A DNA stretch of 64,000 nucleotides from Alkalispirochaeta sp. (GTDB taxonomy: Bacteria > Spirochaetota > Spirochaetia > DSM-27196 > Alkalispirochaetaceae): assembly GCA_965601925.1 (NCBI GenBank), contig OZ271854.1, forward strand, positions 960,001 through 1,024,000, written 5' to 3'. Both the position numbers and the translations under genes were made by a program. Positions 47,324 through 55,866 of this stretch are shown here, one piece after another; within the stretch, counting starts at the first letter, position 1, and every line of letters starts with the position of its first letter. Under the pieces are notes generated by a model. The model had not been told where the DNA came from, did not search any database, and saw only the letters and a list, made by a program, of their open reading frames with translations.

Positions 47324-48145
47324 TCACGCGAACAATCGTCGATAGCTCGGTAACTCCCGCCGAACCATACACACCACAAGAGGCGTCACGGCGTATGATA
47401 CCAACGCCATAGGCGACGTTTGATCGAGAAAAATATGGAACGCCAGAACGTTCAGCAGCCCTGGGGCCAGAACTACCAGCGCGAGGGGCACGGCAACGCC
47501 ACCGAGGAGCATCACCCCGACCGACATCTCGGTGGCTCCCACGAGAAGATAGAGATACCCGGTCTCCTGCATCGCCGCGATCAACCCAGTCGTCTCTACA
47601 AGGCCAAATATCTTTGCCGCACCTGTGGTCACAAAGAGCAGGCCGACCAGGGTGCGTACGATCAGGGCTACGCTCCATCGGCCTCGTCGCGCCGCGGCGA
47701 TGATATTTAGCTGCATCGGAGTGACCACAAACGGCATGAAATGCTCACGATATCGCCATAGGAGCGCCAGGTGAACAAGCGCCATGAACGTAATCTGTAT
47801 TACCCTCGCAGGCTGCGGATCCAAAACGGCGTGGAAGAGAAAGATATTGAGGTTGACGGGGACGAAGACGACCAGAGCTAGTGGCACAAGTAGCCCACCC
47901 ACCAAAAGCAACCCAACTGATAGTTCCGTAATGAGCAGCAACGGTGTCAGATATCCCGTCTCATCCATGGCGGTTAACCAGGCCTGTGCTTCCGGGGAGA
48001 AGCGGGCGGGGATGTGTTCGGTGAGGAAAACTCTCGCGAGCACACTCAGAACGAGGAAGAGGCCAAGAGATATCCGCCCCACGGTGACCGGAATTTTCGA
48101 CCACTCCGGTCCAAAGGGGGTTGAGGTTCCATTGCGACGTGTCAT
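47324..48145 (-). CDS. Tandem DoxX-family membrane protein
   Basis: Two repeats of AM.ETGYL...TE.SVG..L.GG..VPLALVV..P..LN...FH..LD. Confidence 0.75.
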   Translation of the reverse strand: MTRRNGTSTPFGPEWSKIPVTVGRISLGLFLVLSVLARVFLTEHIPARFSPEAQAWLTAMDETGYLTPLLLITELSVGLLLVGGLLVPLALVVFVPVNLNIFLFHAVLDPQPARVIQITFMALVHLALLWRYREHFMPFVVTPMQLNIIAAARRGRWSVALIVRTLVGLLFVTTGAAKIFGLVETTGLIAAMQETGYLYLLVGATEMSVGVMLLGGVAVPLALVVLAPGLLNVLAFHIFLDQTSPMALVSYAVTPLVVCMVRRELPSYRRLFA

Positions 48146-48293
48146 GACCGTTCCCTTTCTAACATCAACCGAAAGAACAAACTTGCTTTGAGCGTACCGA
48201 ACCACAACGCCCGACGTCGTCGACTCCACCGGGGCGAGGCCCTATGCGATCCATAAAAACACTATCGTGTGCGGCTTTCACCTCGACGATTCT

Positions 48294-48932
48294 CTATTCT
48301 TCGCCGACCGCGGCGCGGGCCGCTTCCGCGAACCGCTGAAGCCCGCCGGCTATGTAGGCTTCGATCTCGTCCATGTTGCTGCGTACGACCTGCCGAGTGA
48401 TGAAACTCCTCGGCAGCACGTTGTAGGTCCACTCGAACCGCGTACCGGACTCGCCCGGGACGAAGCGCTGTTCACCGACGATCTGTTCAACGCCACGCCC
48501 CGTCTCGTTGGTGAAGACGAATACCTGGTATTTGAAAAACTCCGGTTCGTTCTCGATCACCCGCTCAATCACGTAATGGCCGTCGGCGAGTCGCAGCCGG
48601 CGCGCGGCACCAGGCTCCGGCCACGTCCCTTCCAGCACCTCCGCGGCGACCGGGTTTGCGATGCTCTCCGTGGGTCGGAGAAAGTAGATCAGCGGTCGCT
48701 CGACCATGAACGCCCGTAGCTCGTCGAGGTCCATCGGGATCGTCTCTTCTACGTACGCCGTCAAAAAACCGGAGCGCGCGACCTCCGGAGGCGCGCTCAT
48801 CTCGGGCGGTTCGGTGGGTGCTTCGAGCGTGCGGCACGCACTGAGCAAACCTACAGTGGAAAGGACAAGAGTGCCCCCTAAAGAGAGAGTCATAAGAAGT
48901 CCCCTCTTATTCCGATGGATTGAAATCTTCAT
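48294..48932 (-). CDS. SRPBCC-like protein with lipoprotein signal
   Basis: Basic N-region + LLSAC; W..PGAARRL.LADG...E, TRFEWTY; alternative start 48893. Confidence 0.65.
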   Translation of the reverse strand: MKISIHRNKRGLLMTLSLGGTLVLSTVGLLSACRTLEAPTEPPEMSAPPEVARSGFLTAYVEETIPMDLDELRAFMVERPLIYFLRPTESIANPVAAEVLEGTWPEPGAARRLRLADGHYVIERVIENEPEFFKYQVFVFTNETGRGVEQIVGEQRFVPGESGTRFEWTYNVLPRSFITRQVVRSNMDEIEAYIAGGLQRFAEAARAAVGEE

Positions 48933-48938
48933 GACGGG

Positions 48939-48970
48939 AAGGTAAGGTATGAACCGTGGTGCAAGGTCAA
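48939..48970 (-). promoter_or_regulatory. MerR-type long-spacer promoter with dyad
   Basis: TTGACC-N20-TACCTT with TGcACC-ac-GGTtCA dyad in spacer, divergent from merR-family gene. Confidence 0.65.
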
Positions 48971-48990
48971 CCGGTATGTGCCGATCGCCC

Positions 48991-49356
48991 ATGTATATCC
49001 AGGAATTTGCAGAAACAGTAGAGCTTCCGGTAAGTACCATCCGCTTCTATGAGCGCAAGCGGCTCCTTACGGAAGAACACTTCTCTCGCCACGACAACAA
49101 CTATCGCGTCTACAATGAGTGGGCAATCGAACGTGTCAGACTCATACGAGGCGCACAGCAAGCGGGATTTACGATTCGAGAAATCCTCAACTACGTCAGT
49201 GATTGGGAACTGAACGTCTTTACCCACGAGCAAAAGCGAGCGTTCTTTCTGGATAAATTAACGGAGATAGAAGTTCGTATCCAAGGCCTTGTGCGCATGC
49301 GCGAATATATCAATGCTAAAATAGATAACTTGAAAGCCCACGACGAACGTTCGTAA
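48991..49356 (+). CDS. MerR family transcriptional regulator
   Basis: MYIQEFAE...TIRFYERKRLL...NNYRVY...GFTIREI; no metal-binding Cys. Confidence 0.88.
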   Translation: MYIQEFAETVELPVSTIRFYERKRLLTEEHFSRHDNNYRVYNEWAIERVRLIRGAQQAGFTIREILNYVSDWELNVFTHEQKRAFFLDKLTEIEVRIQGLVRMREYINAKIDNLKAHDERS

Positions 49357-49508
49357 ATACCGGTGACGGTTGGCGGCATTCCACTAAAAACGGAAGTATT
49401 CGCTATATGCTTTCCATATATACGAAAAATTTTACGCTGTTGACCGCTCATGATAACAGGGATACCATCCTATGATAGAATTCTGTTCCTATACGGAGGG
49501 CAACGGTT

Positions 49509-50051
49509 GTGACGCTCAAACGAATGGTATCCTTTGCGGCGATGTTACTCGTCGCGACACTCTGCTCGGCGGGGGATTGGGGAATCGGGGTCGGCGCGGC
49601 ATATCAAAACGTCGATGACTTTGAAGACGGCGGAGCGGCAATCGTGGTTCAAGGAACGAGGAGTCTGGGATTCCTCCTGAAAAATCTTGCCGTAGAGGCT
49701 GAAGTGACGGGAACGCTCTCCTCGCCCGAGGAAGAGTTGTTTAACTCCTCCAATGTATCGGTCGGTTTTGCCGAGTATACCGGAATCTCCGGCGGCGCAT
49801 ACGCCGCCTACTCGCTCCCGCTCATCGCCGGCCTGTTTGTGAAAGCTCGGGTGGGCGCAACGGTACTGTACGCCGAAGCGGAGAGCTGCGTCGTCGGGGT
49901 TTGCGAGACCGACGATGATACTACGTTCAACGTAAGTTACGGTGCCGCGTTGGGGTACCGATTGAACCGTTGGTTGTCGATCATGGCGGACTGGACGCAA
50001 ATCGAACCCGATGTGTTCCACGTAGGTGTGCTTGGGAAGGTCGAGTTGTAG
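49509..50051 (+). CDS. Small outer-membrane beta-barrel protein (OmpA-like transmembrane domain)
   Basis: Signal peptide, LAVEAE, FVKARVG, SYGAALGYRL; SD GGAGG. Confidence 0.7.
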   Translation: MTLKRMVSFAAMLLVATLCSAGDWGIGVGAAYQNVDDFEDGGAAIVVQGTRSLGFLLKNLAVEAEVTGTLSSPEEELFNSSNVSVGFAEYTGISGGAYAAYSLPLIAGLFVKARVGATVLYAEAESCVVGVCETDDDTTFNVSYGAALGYRLNRWLSIMADWTQIEPDVFHVGVLGKVEL

Positions 50052-50055
50052 TGTC

Positions 50056-50085
50056 GCGAGGCGGGCAGGTCCGCCGCCCGCTCGC
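50056..50085 (+). terminator. Stem-loop after OMP gene
   Basis: GCGAGGCGGGC...GCCCGCTCGC; no U-tract. Confidence 0.35.
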
Positions 50086-50431
50086 ATGACCGACACAAAG
50101 CCGAGATTCTCAGCCGTACGAGTCGATACCGCGTCGAGTCAAGTCCGTCATACGGTGAAAGACGTCATCATAGTCGATATGAACGACGCCCACCTGTGCG
50201 CGTATGTCGGTGCGATGGACACGTAGCGGTCGAATTGCGACGCGCAACTACTGATCGCGCATCCCCGTTGTGAGTCTTACCGGCTCGCCGTTCGTCACCG
50301 CACGTTCGGCTCCATTGCAAACGTTCCACAGTTTCATCATGCGTAATACGGCGGGAGGAGCGCTATGGCACGAAGCGAGCATGGTCTCATAGGAGCACAA
50401 CGAAGCAATACCCGGGAGTGACCGCGCTCCG

Positions 50432-50908
50432 TTAGAGCCGTCCACTCCGAAACGGGGTGACGCCGGGAAACCAACGCGACACATTTTTCTTGTATTGCGC
50501 CCAATCTTCGCCGAAACGCTTGGCAAGCCACGGTTCTTCGTGGAACGCGACGCGTAGATGGAAACCCACCGCCAGTAATATGCAGTATAAGGCGACAAGC
50601 GGGGACGCGAAGGCACCGGCAAAACCGGCAACGACGAGCACCACGGCCAGGTACATTGGATTTCGCACGTGACGATATAACCCGACAATAACGAGATGCT
50701 CGGGAGGAGCCCACGGCGCGAGCGTTCCTTTTCCCGATGCATAAAAATCCCGAATACACCACCCCAATGTTCCCATGCCGATACACACGGCGATAGAACC
50801 AAGGTAAGAACCCGCGCCACGCAACGGATCGGCGACCCCTATCGAAATCGGCACCAAGATACCGAACACACCGGGAAGAACACAGAACGCAACGATCGCC
50901 TTAAGCAT
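50432..50908 (-). CDS. Isoprenylcysteine carboxyl methyltransferase / PEMT family protein
   Basis: GKGTLAPW.PP..LV..GLYRHVRNPMY, EEPWL..RFG...Y. Confidence 0.88.
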   Translation of the reverse strand: MLKAIVAFCVLPGVFGILVPISIGVADPLRGAGSYLGSIAVCIGMGTLGWCIRDFYASGKGTLAPWAPPEHLVIVGLYRHVRNPMYLAVVLVVAGFAGAFASPLVALYCILLAVGFHLRVAFHEEPWLAKRFGEDWAQYKKNVSRWFPGVTPFRSGRL

Positions 50909-51104
50909 ACACTCCCGCCTTTAGCGCCGCGTCGAACGGCTGCATTTTTTCCTCACAGTACGCCAAAACATCTTAGTGTCCAGCGGTTTGCTACGGCTGA
51001 CGGCTACACGTCGCGTTGCGCACCACCTCTTCGGGAATACTACTCCGACTCCGGATAGACTCATCGTTCCTCCAAAATGGATCGTCTCCAAGTACAAACG
51101 GCGA

Positions 51105-53789
51105 TTACGGCATCCAACGCTTGCTTCTTGAGGCCATACGCACCGAGCGCGTCGGCTGTACCCCCGTCGAGCCGGGGCACAACGCGGCGGCAAACCGTTC
51201 GAACGACATCGGTGCTCCGGTCAGATACCCTTGGAGTTTGTCGACACCCATCGTTATCAGCGTGTCACGCTGGGTCTCGGTTTCGACTCCCTCGGCGCAC
51301 ACGACGAGCCCCAGCTCTTTCGCCAAGTTCACTATCCAGCGGACGATCTGACGATCCTGTGGGTTGTGATCCATCCCTGCGACGAAGCTCCGATCGATCT
51401 TCAGTTCGTCGATCGGGAGTGCGCGGATGTTGCTCAACGACGAGTACCCGGTGCCGAAATCGTCGAGCGCGATTCTGACACCGCGTCGGCGGAGCTCATG
51501 CAGTACCTCGATCGAGCGAGCTCGATGGCGCATCATCGTGTGCTCCGTTACCTCCAAAATCAGACGCTCGGAGGGTATTGCGCCGCTTTGTAAAACGTTC
51601 TCCACATCGGCGACGATCGCCTCATTCGTCAGATGTCCCGCCGAAACGTTGATCGAAAGATCGATGTCGTCCCCGCACAACTGCCGATAATATGCCGCAC
51701 CTTTGTCGAGCACCCGTTGTCCGATCTTCACGATGAGACCGTTGTCTTCGGCGACGGGAACAAACCGGGACGGAGGCACCTCGCCGAGCTCCGGATCGGT
51801 CCAGCGCAGCAATACCTCAGCCGAAACGATGCGACCGCTGACGGCATCGAGCTGCGGTTGAAACACAATGGACAGGAGATCCATCTGGAGAGCGCGCGGC
51901 AGGCGTCCTCCGACGCTGAGATGTTCGTTCGACCTGAGCGCCATCTCCTCGGCGAAGATCACATACCGACCGCGCCCGGCTCGCTTTGCACAGTACATCG
52001 CGGCATCGGCGTTCTGAAGCAAGGTATACGGGTCGCCGCCGTGCCGCGGATAGTCACTCACACCGATACTTGCGCCGATCAGTACGTCATGTCCTGCGAC
52101 ACGGAACGTATGCGATGCTCCGTGCACGATCGCATCCGCAACGCGAACCGGCGCCTCACGCGTCTGAAGATCGAGGCACACGACGACGAACTCGTCGCCA
52201 CCCAGGCGAAACAAGCGGTCGGTTTTACCGATGATCCGTCGGAATCGACTCGCGACGCTACGAAGGAGCTCATCGCCCGATAGGTGGCCGAGCGTATCGT
52301 TCACATGCTTGAAGTTATCGAGATCGACGAAGAGCACGCCGAACATTCGGTTGAGCCGCTCCGACCGCAGGATCTCGTCTTCCAAGAGGGCGTACAATGC
52401 GACGCGATTCGGCAAGCCGGTGACACTGTCTTCGCGAGCCATGACCTCAAGACGATCGTTGGCCTCGGTCAGAGCGATCGACAGGCGCTCCTGATCGGCG
52501 AGTGCGTTCGAGAAGCGCCTCGCCAGGCTGAGGGACTGGGTGATGAGCAACGCCAAACCGACCGCGTTGTGAACGGGAGGTCCACTCACGAGTCCGTAGT
52601 ATCGCAAGCTATCGAACACGACACTGACAACGGCCAGGATTCCGACAACGAGAAAAGCTCGTGCTCCGCGGACCCCCCTTCTAACGAGCCCCACCATCCG
52701 GACGCCGATCCAGACAAACGCGACGGCCAACGCCACCTGCACGACGCGAACCGAGAAGGTCATGACCATAATCGGTGCGACGATCGCGATCACAGCCGCG
52801 CACGTAACCACGCCGATGTACAGCCACGACGGAATCGGGCCGATGCGCATCTCGAACATCCGGTAGGCATACAGCACGAAAAAGAGGGCCACGCCGTAGA
52901 GGCCCAGATACTCAATCCGAATCATGAGCCCCCACGGAACTGCGGGGAGGAGAGCGTTCCAGTACACGGCACTGCTGTATCCCGCTCGGACGGTGAAGCA
53001 GAGCGCGGCAAGGGCAAACCACAGGAGGACACGATCCGACCGGCGAGTGGCAAACAGCGCAAAGTGGTACAGCGCGATGAAGACCCCCGCACCGATGAAC
53101 AACCAATCGCGAAATGTCCAGAATTGATGAAACCGGTCGATGCGCTCCGCGGTACCGAAGTGTACGGTACTACGCAACCCGGCGGAGCTGTGCTCCCAGT
53201 TCGCGACTTCGATACGAATATCGAGTACACCGTCGACCGGCGCATCGAAGCGATACACGGCGGGATACCACTGTGGGCGGTGTCGACGAGGGTCGAGACT
53301 CGGTTCGCCGACGCCGCCGACGACGTCGCCGTTCACGATGAGACGGTACGCGGTGGGAACAAACCCGATGCGCAAAGCGAGCGTGGATAACGATGCCCCG
53401 TCAAGGTGTAAGACGAGGCGGTACGTTCCCGCTCCGCGAGAGGGTATGCCGTACAACGACCAACTGGACGGCACCTCTATCGATATGGCGTCGATCGGAG
53501 AGGGGTCCCGGCCGATAAAGCGTCCCGGATAGAAGAGCCAGCTACCGTGGAGGGTGCGTACGCTTCCCGGATCAACCGTGTATGCCGCGGTGTGTTCTCC
53601 GACACGTTGGGCGCCGAGTGTCCAAATCGTACCGATACCACATAGCAGTATCGTCACGAACACGACTCGAGACCTCGGAAGCGAAAAACCGAACACGCTC
53701 AGAAGTACGCGGAGTAATCGGTCCATATCACGTTTTGAATGTACTCCACATACGTTCTCGGTACCGTCGTTGCGCTCAAAAAGCGACAT
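51105..53789 (-). CDS. 7TM-DISM sensor with GGDEF and EAL domains
   Basis: Extracellular beta domain (VPSSW..YG...G.GTYRL), multiple TMs, GGDEF, AEVLLRW, DDFGTGYSS; start uncertain. Confidence 0.88.
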   Translation of the reverse strand: MSLFERNDGTENVCGVHSKRDMDRLLRVLLSVFGFSLPRSRVVFVTILLCGIGTIWTLGAQRVGEHTAAYTVDPGSVRTLHGSWLFYPGRFIGRDPSPIDAISIEVPSSWSLYGIPSRGAGTYRLVLHLDGASLSTLALRIGFVPTAYRLIVNGDVVGGVGEPSLDPRRHRPQWYPAVYRFDAPVDGVLDIRIEVANWEHSSAGLRSTVHFGTAERIDRFHQFWTFRDWLFIGAGVFIALYHFALFATRRSDRVLLWFALAALCFTVRAGYSSAVYWNALLPAVPWGLMIRIEYLGLYGVALFFVLYAYRMFEMRIGPIPSWLYIGVVTCAAVIAIVAPIMVMTFSVRVVQVALAVAFVWIGVRMVGLVRRGVRGARAFLVVGILAVVSVVFDSLRYYGLVSGPPVHNAVGLALLITQSLSLARRFSNALADQERLSIALTEANDRLEVMAREDSVTGLPNRVALYALLEDEILRSERLNRMFGVLFVDLDNFKHVNDTLGHLSGDELLRSVASRFRRIIGKTDRLFRLGGDEFVVVCLDLQTREAPVRVADAIVHGASHTFRVAGHDVLIGASIGVSDYPRHGGDPYTLLQNADAAMYCAKRAGRGRYVIFAEEMALRSNEHLSVGGRLPRALQMDLLSIVFQPQLDAVSGRIVSAEVLLRWTDPELGEVPPSRFVPVAEDNGLIVKIGQRVLDKGAAYYRQLCGDDIDLSINVSAGHLTNEAIVADVENVLQSGAIPSERLILEVTEHTMMRHRARSIEVLHELRRRGVRIALDDFGTGYSSLSNIRALPIDELKIDRSFVAGMDHNPQDRQIVRWIVNLAKELGLVVCAEGVETETQRDTLITMGVDKLQGYLTGAPMSFERFAAALCPGSTGVQPTRSVRMASRSKRWMP

Positions 53790-53853
53790 CGGACTTTACG
53801 TGAAATCCCGTGCCCCGCACTGCGGGCGGACGGAAGGACTTCGAGGAAGACGG

Positions 53854-54231
53854 TCACGCGCTACTCTCTCGATACTCCTCGGCCAAACGTTTCTTTTGTA
53901 CCTCCTTGATCTCCGCCCACGACAGGCCGCGCTCGATCCCGGCAATGCGCTCCTCGTACTTTGCGACGGCTCGTTGTGCGACGCGGGCGAGGGAAATGCC
54001 GCGCTCGCGTTCCAGACAGACAAGTACATTGAGGTAGTCCCACAGAACGTCTCCCAACTCGTCCTCCAGATAACACAGACGCTCGCGGTCGATCTCCTCT
54101 TTGACCTCCGTGAGCTCTTGCACCATCTCATTGAGGTAGGTTGAAGAGCCGTCGGACCACCGTCCCCGCTGATCGATTCCGTACTTTCGCCGAGCAGTAT
54201 AAAGAAGCGCTTCGATCTCGTTCGATGTCAC
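53854..54231 (-). CDS. MazG-like nucleotide pyrophosphohydrolase
   Basis: ELTEVKEEI, LEDELGDVLW; SD GGAGG before GTG 54231. Confidence 0.8.
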   Translation of the reverse strand: MTSNEIEALLYTARRKYGIDQRGRWSDGSSTYLNEMVQELTEVKEEIDRERLCYLEDELGDVLWDYLNVLVCLERERGISLARVAQRAVAKYEERIAGIERGLSWAEIKEVQKKRLAEEYRESSA

Positions 54232-54368
54232 CGATTCCTCCGTATTGAACACACGTGGCCGCTATTATGCGACGAACGTCGTAGTATCTTCCATATCGGT
54301 AGGCGTGCGATGCGGTGGACATCACACACGTTCACCGCCGGCAGAACGAATCACATGGGGAGGATACC

Positions 54369-54764
54369 GTGATCGGACACGCAGGAAGAATCGGCTTTCA
54401 TACCGTTACACCGTACATCATGGTGGGGGACATCGACGCGTTTCAGCGGTTTCTGGGCGACGTTTTTGACGCGACGGAGACGTACCGAGCCACCGGCTCG
54501 GGCGGCGGGACACATTTGGAAATGCAGATCGGAGACTCGCGGATCATGATCGGCGAGTCCGCGGGAGGTTCTACTCCGACCTATCTCTTTCTGTATGTGG
54601 AAGACGTCGTCGCGATACACGGTCGCGCCCTTCGCGCCGGCGCGAGGGAGATGTTGCCGATAGAGAAGGGACAATTCCAAGAGGAGCTGGGCGCCGCGTT
54701 TACCGATCCCTTTGGAAACGGTTGGTTCGTAGCGTACCACGGGCCGGAGAGCGCGTCGCCGTAA
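54369..54764 (+). CDS. VOC family protein (PhnB-like)
   Basis: FHTVTPY, IGDSRIMI, LYVEDV, DPFGNGW; SD GGAGG. Confidence 0.85.
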   Translation: MIGHAGRIGFHTVTPYIMVGDIDAFQRFLGDVFDATETYRATGSGGGTHLEMQIGDSRIMIGESAGGSTPTYLFLYVEDVVAIHGRALRAGAREMLPIEKGQFQEELGAAFTDPFGNGWFVAYHGPESASP

Positions 54765-54857
54765 TGTTGCGGGCGTGCACGATCGTTATCGGCCTCTCAC
54801 GCGGGTAGAAACGGCTTCGCGCGTACGAAAGCCGATGTGCGGAGCTCGGAGAAATAC

Positions 54858-55730
54858 TCACAGACGCTTCTCGAACCAGTGGTGCGCGTACGGCTCGTCG
54901 TTGAACCGTTCGATCTCGTAGTACCCGCTGCGGCGGTAGAGGGCGATCGCTTCGGTGAGCGTCTTATTGGTGTCGAGGCGTACCACCGGAAGATCTCGCT
55001 CCCGTGCCAGACCCTCGAGATGCCCGAGTATTCGTCGCGCAATGCCGAGTCCGCGAGAGGCACCGGCTACCCACAGTCGCTTAATCTCGCCGTAGCCGGA
55101 GCGAAACTTCAGCCCTCCGCATCCGACGGCCTCGCCGTGCAGCCGGGCCACCACGAAGTAACCGGCCGGGGGCGTCATCTCACGAGCCGCGGGATTCAGA
55201 CTCCGCTCGGGATCAAAGCCGGTATCAAAACGCTCGTCGAGCTCCCGATAGTAGTGTTCCAAACACGCTTTCGCAGTTGTACTGCCCGCGTCTTCCAGGG
55301 TGAGGACGACCGAGCCCGCCTTCAGCAGTCGCACGACGGTACCCATCGCCTCCACGAGCGTTCGGCGCTGCTTCTCCGATAGGGCGGCAAGCATGGACGC
55401 CGCCGCTTCATCGGAGAGTCGATTCAGGAGCGCACGTTCGCCCCGTCCCGCCTCGGTTAAGGTTGCCGTCCGCACCCGGGAATCGCGGGTCGACGGTCTG
55501 AGGAGAATGAGCCCTTGCGTCTGAAGCGTCCTAAGCAGCCGACTCGTGTAGCCGGAGTCCAACGCAAGACGCGCACGAAGCTCCCGCACCTCCGAGCCGT
55601 TCTCCCCGATTTCAAAGAGAAGTCTGGAAGCCCCCAAAGAACGAGCGCGGCCCAAGAAGCGCCCGTCGAGAGCTCCGACTCGTTGTGTCACCGCGCGGTT
55701 GAACTCGCGGACCCGAGCAATATCGTTCAT
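54858..55730 (-). CDS. MarR HTH - GNAT acetyltransferase fusion
   Basis: LDSGYTSRLL, DSRVR, EIKRLWV...RGLGIA, AIALYRRSGY. Confidence 0.9.
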   Translation of the reverse strand: MNDIARVREFNRAVTQRVGALDGRFLGRARSLGASRLLFEIGENGSEVRELRARLALDSGYTSRLLRTLQTQGLILLRPSTRDSRVRTATLTEAGRGERALLNRLSDEAAASMLAALSEKQRRTLVEAMGTVVRLLKAGSVVLTLEDAGSTTAKACLEHYYRELDERFDTGFDPERSLNPAAREMTPPAGYFVVARLHGEAVGCGGLKFRSGYGEIKRLWVAGASRGLGIARRILGHLEGLARERDLPVVRLDTNKTLTEAIALYRRSGYYEIERFNDEPYAHHWFEKRL

Positions 55731-55757
55731 TTATCTGACTATAGTCAGATAAATGAA
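55726..55757. promoter_or_regulatory. Perfect 32-bp palindrome over start codon (putative autoregulatory operator)
   Basis: TTCATTTATCTGACTA|TAGTCAGATAAATGAA. Confidence 0.75.
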
Positions 55758-55866
55758 ATCGGTCAACGCGTCGGCACACCCAAAGAGGGTCCACTACCGA
55801 TGGGCTGTGTCGGACGATACGGTACCGGGCACCATTTCGTACCATCGACCGACGCCGCCGGGTGGG

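Noticed and set aside
49452..49461. GATAACAGGG resembling part of the I-SceI site
   Set aside because: Partial match only, within an ordinary AT-rich promoter region; no sign of engineering.
50270..51010. Possible degenerate attC sites around the methyltransferase gene (stop within CTCTAAC; GCAAACCGCTGGAC upstream)
   Set aside because: No matching GTTRRRY at a foldable distance, no repetition between neighbouring genes, no integrase; would need IntegronFinder to revive.
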